From positions 1 through 45,496 of the IMG/VR virus record IMGVR_UViG_3300044210_000025: 45,496 nt of DNA, one strand, 5' to 3'. The DNA comes from a virus. Taxonomy: Duplodnaviria; Caudoviricetes. The position numbers were made by a program, and so were the translations under genes. Shown here piece by piece: positions 18,866 to 27,056 of this stretch (the stretch's first letter is position 1; the number at the start of each line of letters is the position of its first letter). The notes under the pieces were generated by a model. That model was not told the DNA's origin. It worked only from the letters and a program-made list of their open reading frames with translations, and ran no database searches.

Positions 18866-19549
18866 GCATCTAATGATAGCGGACTCGGCCGTGTCCTGCA
18901 GACCGTCTGCTTTGTCCCGTTGAGCAGGCTATAACCCGCGGTTTCAGGGCATCTATCCCGTATTGCGGACGCGTGTCCGCAGAACCATGCGAACTGACGC
19001 AAGTGTGCGGAATTACTTGGCAGCAGCGCGCCATTGCCGGGCGGATTGACCGGGAATGGAAAGCGTGGGAAGGGAAGGACGTTCTCCGGAACCCTGAGCT
19101 ACCGGAACCTAACGCAGTGCCATCATGGAATCGTGTAAGTGTTGATTCCTCCCACGCATGTCCGGTCGCTCCCACTAGGATACGTGTCACCACGTCACAC
19201 CGGACCCTGACCGGACCCGGAAGCACCTTGTCCTTACCCTATGGGTATTACCTAGCTGAGTACATGGGATAGCTGATGAGTACTCGTGTGGGGGGGCGAG
19301 GCAGGGCTGGAAGGCGGGGTGCTTGCGCAGGTCGGGTCTGCCCTGGGCCGTCGCATGGGTGACAATTCTCGCGAACCCGTAAGCTGGCCTACACCTTGCC
19401 GGCTCGCAACCCTTCGGAATTGCTCAGCTTTCCAGGGTGACAATCCTGGTCTCGCGCACCGCAGAATCTTGTGCCAATCTTCGTCACTCGCCACTGGCAC
19501 ACATCTCCTAACTATGCGGAATCACTTGGTTGCCATCTCTGTATTAGGC

Positions 19550-19565
19550 TGGCACCGTCTCTGCA
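19550..19565 (+). promoter_or_regulatory. Sigma-54 (-24/-12) promoter
   Basis: TGGCACCGTCTCTGCA with GG-N10-GC spacing; faces the early operon. Confidence 0.65.
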
Positions 19566-19577
19566 TTACCTAGGTCC

Positions 19578-19706
19578 ATGATGACGAAGCGGCAAACGGT
19601 GAAGCGGATTCTCGGGAAGTTGTCTCTTACGGTTGCAGAGGGCCGTCTCTCAGCTGCGGATTACCGCCGAATCCACCTCTGTTTGCTGTCCTGGGCTCTC
19701 TCGTAG
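19578..19706 (+). CDS. Small basic, nearly leaderless peptide (42 aa)
   Basis: MMTKRQTVKRILGKLSLTVAEGRLSAADYRRIHLCLLSWALS; ATG about 2 nt after the predicted +1. Confidence 0.5.
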   Translation: MMTKRQTVKRILGKLSLTVAEGRLSAADYRRIHLCLLSWALS

Positions 19707-20068
19707 GCGCCTTGTGCGCTGCCGGCTCCCGAGGTTCGAGGGTCGGCAAGGCAAAAGGACCACTGCTATCTGACAACTAAACCCACGCTGAGCACCTGGC
19801 AAGGGCTCATACCGGAAGGCGCCCGAGCGACGCACGCGGCACAGAAGAGCCGTCCAACCGGAAAGCGATAACCGACCCAAGGGAAAGGCGTGGCAAGAAT
19901 GGCAAGTGCTGGCCCAATGAGCCGTAGACCGAGTGTGCTACTGGCGGCAGGCCGCAAGCGCTTGACCGCGGGGTTTCGCAAGCCCCGCCGATCCTGAGAT
20001 TGCCGAGCAAGGTCCCTGGTAGGGGCAAGCTCGGACGTCTCGCACGGCTCATCTCGGGTCGTGCGAGG
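19707..20068 (+). ncRNA. Candidate structured leader RNA with repeated GCAAG
   Basis: Several stems with G-U pairs on the plus strand, eight GCAAG copies, no convincing ORF. Confidence 0.5.
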
Positions 20069-20075
20069 TGGAACC

Positions 20076-20231
20076 ATGTTCACTCGTTACACGATATGGC
20101 AACTGGACATCGACCGTTTCCGCGTGCTTCCGAGTACCAAGCGACCTCCAGAAAGCATCGCCCTCTCCGTTTGGCGCGGTCGCGCACTGGACCCGATGTC
20201 GGCTCTCATCATCTCCGGAATCGTGAGGTAA
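20076..20231 (+). CDS. Hypothetical protein (51 aa)
   Basis: MFTRYTIWQLDIDRF...; SD GAGGTG; abuts the next gene. Confidence 0.5.
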   Translation: MFTRYTIWQLDIDRFRVLPSTKRPPESIALSVWRGRALDPMSALIISGIVR

Positions 20232-20236
20232 CACCC

Positions 20237-20503
20237 ATGGCAAAGTATCGCATCTGGTCACTTGAAGTTTGGGGAAATGAAGAAGACGGCTTCGAGGTCA
20301 ACGACAGATGGGAGGTCGGCTCTGTCGAGCTTGCCGACGACGCTACCTGCGCAGACGTGGTCAAGGCTCTTATTGCCAAGGGTCTCATCACGCCGAAGAC
20401 CACTCACGAGCAAGTCGACATGGACGATGCGAGCGACGTAGACCTGTTATTGGATGATGCAACCACTGGCGAGCCACTGTTTCAGCTAGAACGCGAGGAG
20501 TAA
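20237..20503 (+). CDS. Hypothetical acidic phage protein
   Basis: MAKYRIWSLEVWGNEEDGFEVND...; SD GAGGT. Confidence 0.8.
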   Translation: MAKYRIWSLEVWGNEEDGFEVNDRWEVGSVELADDATCADVVKALIAKGLITPKTTHEQVDMDDASDVDLLLDDATTGEPLFQLEREE

Positions 20504-20507
20504 ACGC

Positions 20508-20819
20508 ATGGCCAAACAATCTTGTCACGGGAGAGCGGTGCTCTGCATGGTCAAGGAGCGAGATACGCCAGACGACCCAAACACGTCGTGGCTCCGCACT
20601 CAATACCGGCTGTTCTCTGACGGTGCGCTTCTCAAATGCCTCACGGTACGAATGCGCGGTAAGCAGGCAGCTGGATACGCGTCAGACCTCCACAGCTATG
20701 GCTGGAAGCGGGTTAACTTGAAGACGAAGATAACCGAAGACGTACTTGAGAGCGACCTCGCGTCGAAGGGGTTCTCTCGAGACGTGTCCAACAGCGCAAC
20801 GTACGCGGAAAGGGAGTGA
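20508..20819 (+). CDS. Hypothetical protein
   Basis: 103 aa; SD GAGGAG; stop lies inside GGAGTGA. Confidence 0.75.
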   Translation: MAKQSCHGRAVLCMVKERDTPDDPNTSWLRTQYRLFSDGALLKCLTVRMRGKQAAGYASDLHSYGWKRVNLKTKITEDVLESDLASKGFSRDVSNSATYAERE

Positions 20820-20824
20820 CACCC

Positions 20825-21439
20825 ATGGACATTCGCATTACACGACAATCGCTGCGAGATGCTGAAGCCTGCTACGACGACAACGAAATCGCCGCCCTCA
20901 TCCCTGAGGCTGGCGTCAACCTAGACGAAGGGCTCGCCCTCTATGTTCCCGTCGAAGACAAGCACTGGGTCCTTTGCCACGCAGCCGGCGTACCGGACCA
21001 AATCCTGCGCGAGCACGCTTGCTGGTGTGCTTGTCGGGCCCTCGAAGCCGAACGCGCCGCCGGCCGTGAGCCCGACCAGCGCTCATGGGCAGCCGTCGCA
21101 GTCGCAGAGCTATTCGCCCGCGGTGAGGCTACGCAATACGAGTTAGACGCCGCCTGGGCCGCCGCCCGGGACGCCGCCTGTGCCGCCAGTGACGCCGCTT
21201 GGGCCGCCGCCTGTGCCGCCGACAGTGCCGCCGCCAGTGCCACCGCCTGGGACGCCGCCAGTGCCACCGCCTGGGACGCCGCCAGGGCCGCCGCCTATGC
21301 CGCCGCCAGGGCCGACGCCTATGCCGACGCCAGGGCCGCCGCCAGGGCCGCCGCCAGTGACGCCGCTTGGGCCGCCGCCAGGGCCGCCGCCTGGGACGCG
21401 CAATTGAGCGATCTCGTTGCTCGCATCCGTAATGCGTAA
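20825..21439 (+). CDS. Imm5-like Ala-repeat protein, copy 1 (204 aa)
   Basis: LREHACWCA...DQRSWAAVAVAE.FARGEAT..EL followed by AAWAAARDAA-type repeats. Confidence 0.8.
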   Translation: MDIRITRQSLRDAEACYDDNEIAALIPEAGVNLDEGLALYVPVEDKHWVLCHAAGVPDQILREHACWCACRALEAERAAGREPDQRSWAAVAVAELFARGEATQYELDAAWAAARDAACAASDAAWAAACAADSAAASATAWDAASATAWDAARAAAYAAARADAYADARAAARAAASDAAWAAARAAAWDAQLSDLVARIRNA

Positions 21440-21450
21440 GGAGTGACACC

Positions 21451-21783
21451 ATGCAAATCGCAGTTGCAGACGCCACCATCTCCGTAGAGATGTCAGGAAT
21501 CACCGACTCCGAGGGTCGCGATATCTACGCCATGACCATCGTCACTCCGGAGTGGAAGCATTCTGACCACTCCATAAAATCCGGTTGCCTCGGATGCGAC
21601 GAATGGCACGGGATGGCTTCTGCCCTTTCATTCCTGCAAGCGTGCGGCGACGCCGCCAACTACGAATACCGCACGGGCCGCGGGTCCGAGAACAGCGACC
21701 TGTTCCCAGCGCACGTTGCGATCTGGGCAGCTCAGCACGTCGACGAGCTCTCAATTGCCGCCATGGAACTGGAGGCGGCGTGA
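21451..21783 (+). CDS. Hypothetical protein
   Basis: 110 aa; SD AAGGAGTGA. Confidence 0.75.
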   Translation: MQIAVADATISVEMSGITDSEGRDIYAMTIVTPEWKHSDHSIKSGCLGCDEWHGMASALSFLQACGDAANYEYRTGRGSENSDLFPAHVAIWAAQHVDELSIAAMELEAA

Positions 21784-22049
21784 TGCAAGCAATCTTCGTT
21801 CGCTACCGAGGCCCGACTCAGCACACTGGATCGCGATTCGTTGTCACGTGCTACGGTCAAACGACCATGCGGGTACCGTATGACCATGCCCTTGGACCCG
21901 AGAAAAACTACGATGCGGCATTGCGAGCCATGTGCGTTCGCGGGCTTCTGTGGGGCGCGTGGAAGGGGGCGCACACGCACAGAACTGGCGAGCGTGTCTA
22001 TGTCAAGGTAAGTAACTTTCGTCGTCAACGCTGCGTCGTAATCAGGTGA
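21783..22049 (+). CDS. Hypothetical phage protein
   Basis: MQAIFVRYRGPTQHTGSRF...; TGATG coupling and SD GGAGG. Confidence 0.75.
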   Translation: MQAIFVRYRGPTQHTGSRFVVTCYGQTTMRVPYDHALGPEKNYDAALRAMCVRGLLWGAWKGAHTHRTGERVYVKVSNFRRQRCVVIR

Positions 22050-22207
22050 ACTTGTACCGCGTCCACTGCCCAGACGGCGTCATTGCTGAGACTGACAACC
22101 TGCAAGACGCCGAGACCGAGCTTTTGTGCCACTACTACCGGAGCGGGAAAGGTTTCCGATTCGACCAATACCGACTCGAACACCCAACGAACGAACCAAA
22201 GGAGTGA
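22046..22207 (+). CDS. Hypothetical protein (53 aa)
   Basis: GTGA overlap start; ends PKE-stop within AAGGAGTGA. Confidence 0.55.
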   Translation: MNLYRVHCPDGVIAETDNLQDAETELLCHYYRSGKGFRFDQYRLEHPTNEPKE

Positions 22208-22210
22208 ACC

Positions 22211-22540
22211 ATGAAGAACGTACTCAGAGGCCTCATCGCAATTTCCGTTTTCTTCGCCATCCTAGCCCTGGCAAGCTGGGCAGGGGCAGCGGAGCCCGCG
22301 AAGGGCAAGGTCATTCCGCGCGCAGAGCTGCCAGCGGACATCCAAGCGCCAAAGACGTCGAAGACGGCGGCGAAGTTCCCCGGCGTGCCATCCTGCCGCA
22401 TGGGCCGTCTGGAGACCTCCGAATACGACACCGAGCCGCTCTTGACGTGGCGGGGTCAGAATCAGAACCACAAATGCTTCGACGCCAAGGTGGTCTACGT
22501 CTGCGCGGCGTTCGGCCGACTGTCCGTTCGCTGCCAGTAA
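22211..22540 (+). CDS. Hypothetical exported protein
   Basis: Signal-peptide-like N-terminus, four Cys; SD AAGGAGTGA. Confidence 0.7.
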   Translation: MKNVLRGLIAISVFFAILALASWAGAAEPAKGKVIPRAELPADIQAPKTSKTAAKFPGVPSCRMGRLETSEYDTEPLLTWRGQNQNHKCFDAKVVYVCAAFGRLSVRCQ

Positions 22541-22549
22541 CAAGGACCG

Positions 22550-22720
22550 ATGCTACTGACTCAAACCTTCCAAGACGTGGCGGCTCTACTCGATTCGGTC
22601 GCTGCGCTATGGACCGACGCGCCCGTGGCAACTGGTCATTGCCCGTCCTTGGCGGAAACGTCGGCAACCGTTCGCTCTCCACGGCGACGGGATATAACAC
22701 CCTACCGAATCGGCATATGA
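22550..22720 (+). CDS. Hypothetical protein (56 aa)
   Basis: SD AAGGA and ATG; fills an operon gap. Confidence 0.4.
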   Translation: MLLTQTFQDVAALLDSVAALWTDAPVATGHCPSLAETSATVRSPRRRDITPYRIGI

Positions 22721-22886
22721 AGCGTGACCACTACGGTGGCGGGCGCAGAGGAGTGACTACCCGATGCGCCCAAGATGCTCCTTTCTCACAATGGGCTCGA
22801 GACGTTGAATGCGCACGCATTCCAGTGGGTTCTATTCTTCCCCCCCACGACCATAAGCGTCTCGAGTCCTTTGGGAGGAATGAAGC

Positions 22887-23117
22887 ATGAACTATCCCGG
22901 GTTCTATCGCATACGCGGCCTACCGCGCAGCACGCGCGTCGACGACTGTACAGCAGCACGCAACCGCGCCATCGCCAGGGCAGAGGCCGAGATCGCACGT
23001 GACATGCTACGACCGCGTCACGAGGGTGACCTGGCCATCGACGAGCCGATCGACCTGTACACCATACGCACCCTGTTCGGCGAAGGGTCTGCCCTGCATC
23101 GGCTGGTGACACGCTGA
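22887..23117 (+). CDS. Hypothetical protein
   Basis: 76 aa; SD GGAGG; coupled to next gene. Confidence 0.6.
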   Translation: MNYPGFYRIRGLPRSTRVDDCTAARNRAIARAEAEIARDMLRPRHEGDLAIDEPIDLYTIRTLFGEGSALHRLVTR

Positions 23118-23329
23118 TGCTCGCCTTGCTCTTGTCCGCCCTGCTCACGAGCCCAGAGGCACAGGCCGCAGCTGTCGACCACTGGTGCGCTTCCCAGCCC
23201 CTGCAGGTTGCCGAGCGCCGCCCAGAATGCAACCCTGTCCTCGCCGAGCGCATCCGCAGCGTCGCGCGCTTCATAGACGAAGTCGAGCGCACCAGGATCG
23301 AGGCCATCACAAACCCATTTCAGGAGTGA
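23117..23329 (+). CDS. Hypothetical protein
   Basis: 70 aa; TGATG coupling; ends in GGAGTGA. Confidence 0.6.
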   Translation: MLALLLSALLTSPEAQAAAVDHWCASQPLQVAERRPECNPVLAERIRSVARFIDEVERTRIEAITNPFQE

Positions 23330-23334
23330 CACAC

Positions 23335-23757
23335 ATGGACATTCTCATCACACGACAATCGCTGCGAGATGCTGACGCCTGCTACGATGACGCCACGCTC
23401 TCCTCTCTCATCCCTGAGGACGGTATCACGTTGGACGAAGGTCTGGCTCTCTGCGTGCCCGTCGAAGATAAGCACTGGGCTCTGTGCTACGCGGCCGGCG
23501 TGCCTGACCAAATCCTGCGCGAGCACGCTTGCTGGTGTGCTTGTCGGGCCATCGAAGCCGAACGCGCCGCCGGCCGTGAGCCCGACCCTCGCTCGTGGGC
23601 AGCCGTCGCAGTCGCCGAACGTTTCGCTCGTGGCGAGGCTACGCGAGACGAGCTAGCCGCCGCCAGTGCCGCCGCCTGGGACGCCAGTGCCGCCGCCAGG
23701 GCCGCCGCCTGGGACGCGCAATTGAGCGATCTCGTTGCTCGCATCCGTAATGCGTAA
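23335..23757 (+). CDS. Imm5-like Ala-repeat protein, copy 2 (140 aa)
   Basis: Paralogue of 20825-21439 with the shortest repeat tract. Confidence 0.8.
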   Translation: MDILITRQSLRDADACYDDATLSSLIPEDGITLDEGLALCVPVEDKHWALCYAAGVPDQILREHACWCACRAIEAERAAGREPDPRSWAAVAVAERFARGEATRDELAAASAAAWDASAAARAAAWDAQLSDLVARIRNA

Positions 23758-23769
23758 GGAGTGACACCT

Positions 23770-24663
23770 ATGCCTGATAACCTGCAAATGCAATCAGACC
23801 AGCTGAACGAATACACAGCCGCAATGGCTAAAGCTCAGCTCGCTTTCGACGCCGTGTCCAAGGATAGCGAGGGGCAAGTTGGCCAGAGAAGGTATTCGTA
23901 CCCTTCTCTGGCGTCTGTTATCTCAGCGACCCGCAAGGGACTCTGCGACAACGGCCTCGTAATAGACGGCGTCGTGTGGGACGGGTGGCTAGTCGTCACC
24001 GTCATGCACATCAGTGGACAGTTCAAGCGCTCCGCTCTGCAACTGCCCGACCCTGCCGACGAGTGGCAAGGTTTCGGGTCGGCTGAGACGTACGCTCGCC
24101 GCTATCTCTACTTGGCGATGCTCAGCCTTGCCGGCGAGGATGACGACGGAGCCGCAGCCCAAAAGCGTGCGCCAGCCAAAGTTGACCCGATGCAGCCGCT
24201 CTGGGACGCGCTCGACACCCTTGGCATAGGCCCAGGGGCAAGCACGCAGGTCTGGTGCGAGAAGGTGCTCAACCGCAAAATACCGTCTGTATCTGCTCTG
24301 AGCAAGTCTGACTACGGTAAGCTGTTGGAAGCAGCCAAGGCTCCCAATCCCAACGACACGGCAACGTCGGACGGACTTGCCACGCGCGAACACTGCGAGA
24401 AGCTGAACACCGCTCTGGACGCTCTCAAGTACGACTTCCCCACTGGCAACGCTATGGACGCTGCCCAGGTAGCGCGCTCGAAGAAGCAAGCAAAGCTTAA
24501 TTGGGCCAACGGAATGCTCAAGCGCCCTACTCCCATCGGCTCATTCGCGGCTATGACCCAGGAAGAAGCCGTCCGCCTGATTGCAGCCGCACAAGCCGGC
24601 GAGGTTCCCGAAGGTGACCAAATGCCCGATTGGATGGGCGGCGAGCCAGAAGCGAAGAAGTAG
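23770..24663 (+). CDS. erf: ERF-family single-strand annealing protein
   Basis: YSYPSLASVI, HISGQ and QGFGSAETYARRY...EDDDG signature; C-terminal helical extension. Confidence 0.9.
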   Translation: MPDNLQMQSDQLNEYTAAMAKAQLAFDAVSKDSEGQVGQRRYSYPSLASVISATRKGLCDNGLVIDGVVWDGWLVVTVMHISGQFKRSALQLPDPADEWQGFGSAETYARRYLYLAMLSLAGEDDDGAAAQKRAPAKVDPMQPLWDALDTLGIGPGASTQVWCEKVLNRKIPSVSALSKSDYGKLLEAAKAPNPNDTATSDGLATREHCEKLNTALDALKYDFPTGNAMDAAQVARSKKQAKLNWANGMLKRPTPIGSFAAMTQEEAVRLIAAAQAGEVPEGDQMPDWMGGEPEAKK

Positions 24664-24687
24664 CTCGACGACCCAAGGAGTGAACTA

Positions 24688-25290
24688 ATGGACATTCGCA
24701 TCACACGGAAATCCCTGCAAGACGCCGGCGCCTGCTACGACGACGCCGATCTCGCCGCCCTCATCCCAGAGGCCGGCATCAGCCTCGACGAAGGGCTCGC
24801 CCTCGACGTCCCAACCGGAGACAAACACTGGGCACTGTGCCATGCGGCAGGCGTCCCTGGCCGTATCCTGCGTGAGCACGCGTGTTGGTGCGCGCGCCGA
24901 GCCCTCGACGCCGAGCGCGCAGCCGGCCGTAAGCCGGACCCTCGTTCGTGGAGCGCCGTCGAAGTCGCCGAACGTTTCTCCCGCGGTGAGGCGACAGCAG
25001 TAGAGTTGGAAGCCGCCTGGGACGCCGCCTATGCCGCCGCCGCTGCCAGGGACGCCGCCTGGGACGCCGCCAGGGCCGCCAGGGCCGCCAGTGCCGACGA
25101 CAGTGCCGCCGCCAGGGCCGCCAGTGCCGCCGCCTGGGCCGCCGCCAGTGCCGCCGCCAGGGCCGCCGCCAGGTCCGCCGCCAGTGACGCCTACAGTTCC
25201 GCCTACAGTTCCGCCTACAGTGCCGCCTACAGTGCCGCCTCCTGGGCCGCGCAAATCGCTGACCTCGTTGCTCGCATACGCAACGCATAG
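24688..25290 (+). CDS. Imm5-like Ala-repeat protein, copy 3 (200 aa)
   Basis: Paralogue; includes a SAYS-type repeat variant. Confidence 0.8.
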   Translation: MDIRITRKSLQDAGACYDDADLAALIPEAGISLDEGLALDVPTGDKHWALCHAAGVPGRILREHACWCARRALDAERAAGRKPDPRSWSAVEVAERFSRGEATAVELEAAWDAAYAAAAARDAAWDAARAARAASADDSAAARAASAAAWAAASAAARAAARSAASDAYSSAYSSAYSAAYSAASWAAQIADLVARIRNA

Positions 25291-25301
25291 GAGTGACACA
25301 C

Positions 25302-25394
25302 ATGCCAACGAACAACAAACACGTTGGACTCTGGCTACTGCTTTGGATGGCTGTATCTGCGGCGACGGCGCTGCTTTGGCCATGGGGTGGATGA
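25302..25394 (+). CDS. Small membrane peptide (30 aa)
   Basis: MPTNNKHVGLWLLLWMAVSAATALLWPWGG; SD AGGAGTGA; ATGA coupling to next gene. Confidence 0.55.
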   Translation: MPTNNKHVGLWLLLWMAVSAATALLWPWGG

Positions 25395-25639
25395 TGGACT
25401 GGAGAAAGCACCCCGTGCAGGCCGAGACTTCGTGTCGAGACGCCCTTGCTTCCGCTCTTGCCGCCTTCTGCGCCTACGAGGAACGCAAGGCGACATGGCG
25501 CGAGGTCGTGACGAAGGTTCGCGAGTACGGTAACGCGCGAGAATGCGCTTCTTGTAAGCGCTACCTCGTAAGACCGATAGCTTGCAGGCCAAGTTTTGCC
25601 GATCTCATCACCTTCACAGCCAACATGGAGCCACCGTAA
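25391..25639 (+). CDS. Hypothetical protein
   Basis: MMDWRKHP..., CxxC; coupled on both sides. Confidence 0.55.
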   Translation: MMDWRKHPVQAETSCRDALASALAAFCAYEERKATWREVVTKVREYGNARECASCKRYLVRPIACRPSFADLITFTANMEPP

Positions 25640-25926
25640 TGATGCCGTTTTGCGCGCGATGCGCGTCCACCTCGCAGGTGGCGATCTATGATGTCGACGG
25701 AGAACGCGTCCCTCTGTGCCCTTCGTGCGCTCCATCAACCGACACAGGGATGGTAGTACGAGAAGCTGACGTGCGTTCGTTGATCGCTTCAGCTGACTCC
25801 ATATCCGACTCGGTCTGCTGGTGCCACCTCCCTGCGATGGGGCTCAGGGTGGTATGGTGCCCTGCGCACGGGATGACCGAGCCACCGAAAGCCCAGTGGC
25901 AACCGTACTGCAAACCCAAGGAGTGA
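25639..25926 (+). CDS. Cys-rich putative zinc-binding protein
   Basis: CARC...CPSC...CWC...CPAH; TAATG coupling; ends PKE-stop in GGAGTGA. Confidence 0.6.
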   Translation: MMPFCARCASTSQVAIYDVDGERVPLCPSCAPSTDTGMVVREADVRSLIASADSISDSVCWCHLPAMGLRVVWCPAHGMTEPPKAQWQPYCKPKE

Positions 25927-25931
25927 CACCC

Positions 25932-26480
25932 ATGGAAATCCGCATCACACGGAAATCCCTGCGCAAGGCCGGAGCCTGCTACGACGACGCCGATCTCGCC
26001 GACCTCATCCCAGAGGCTGGCCTCAGCCTCGACGAAGGCCTAACCCTCGACGTCCCAACCGACGACAAACACTGGGCACTGTGCCATGCGGCAGGCGTCC
26101 CTTGCCGTATCCTGCGTGAGCACGCGTGTTGGTGTGCTCGTCAGGCACTCGACTCCGAACGTGCCGCCGGCCTTGAGCCAGACCCTCGTTCGTGGGAAGC
26201 CGTAGACGTCGCCGAGCGCTTCGCACGTGGCGAGGCTACGCAAGACGAGCTGGCCGCCGCCAGGGACGCCGCCTGTTCCGCCGCCTGGGCCTCCGCCCAC
26301 GCCGCCTGGGACGCCGCCTGGGCCGCCGCCCACGCCGCCGCCAGGGCCGACGACAGTGCCGCCTCCAGGGCCGCCTGGGCCGCCAGTGCCGACGCCAGTG
26401 CCGACGCCAGTGCCGACGCCAGTGCCTCCGCCCTGGCCGCGCAACTCGCTGACCTCGTAGCACGCATCCGCAACGCGTAA
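25932..26480 (+). CDS. Imm5-like Ala-repeat protein, copy 4 (182 aa)
   Basis: Paralogue; includes a SADA-type repeat variant. Confidence 0.8.
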   Translation: MEIRITRKSLRKAGACYDDADLADLIPEAGLSLDEGLTLDVPTDDKHWALCHAAGVPCRILREHACWCARQALDSERAAGLEPDPRSWEAVDVAERFARGEATQDELAAARDAACSAAWASAHAAWDAAWAAAHAAARADDSAASRAAWAASADASADASADASASALAAQLADLVARIRNA

Positions 26481-26492
26481 GGAGTGAAACCC

Positions 26493-27056
26493 ATGGACAT
26501 TCGCATCACCCGAGAACCCCTGCGCAAGGCCGGAGCCTGCTACGACGACGCCAAAATTGACCGACTCACCCCAAAGACCGGTATCACCCTCGACGAAGGT
26601 CTCGCCCTCGACGTCCCCGTCAACGACAAATACTGGGCTCTGTGCTATGCGGCCGGCCTCCCTGACAGAATCCTGCGTGAGCACGCCTGCTGGTGCGCTC
26701 GCCAGGCCCTCAACGCCGAACGCGCCGCCGGTCGCGAGCCTGACCCGCGCTCATGGGCAGCCGTAGAAGTCGCCGAACGTTTCGCCCGCGGTGAGGCGAC
26801 AACAGTAGAGTTGGCCGACGCCGGGGCCGCCGCCAGGGCCGCCGCCAGTGCCGCCGACAGTGCCGCCTGGAACGCCGCCAGGGCCGCCGCCATGGCCGCC
26901 GCCAGGGCCGCCTGGAACGACGCCAGGGCCGCCGCCTATTCCGCCGCCAGGGACGCCGCCTGGGACGCCGCCTGTGCCGCCGACAGTGCCGCCGCCAGTG
27001 ACGCCGCCTGGGACGCGCAACTCGCTGACCTCGTGAAACGCATCCGCAATGCGTAA
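26493..27056 (+). CDS. Imm5-like Ala-repeat protein, copy 5 (187 aa)
   Basis: Paralogue, in tandem with copy 4. Confidence 0.8.
   Translation: MDIRITREPLRKAGACYDDAKIDRLTPKTGITLDEGLALDVPVNDKYWALCYAAGLPDRILREHACWCARQALNAERAAGREPDPRSWAAVEVAERFARGEATTVELADAGAAARAAASAADSAAWNAARAAAMAAARAAWNDARAAAYSAARDAAWDAACAADSAAASDAAWDAQLADLVKRIRNA

Noticed and set aside
19273-19320. CTGATGAG resembling a hammerhead ribozyme core
   Set aside because: No GAAA after the following stem and no matching stems I and III.
18530-19476. Further sigma-54-like sites (TGGCACGGGTATGC near 18530 on plus; TGGCACAAGATTCTGC from 19476 on minus)
   Set aside because: GG-to-GC spacing is 9 and 11 nt rather than the required 10.
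21129-27036. Pro-, Gly- and Arg-rich ORFs in the track (e.g. 21143-21403, 21180-21407, 24685-25383, 26848-27036)
   Set aside because: Alternative-frame and antisense shadows of the GCC-rich Ala repeats.
20825-27056. Diversity-generating retroelement or CRISPR array as the source of the repeats
   Set aside because: No reverse transcriptase, no adenine-specific template/variable pair and no regular repeat-spacer period; the repeats are coding.
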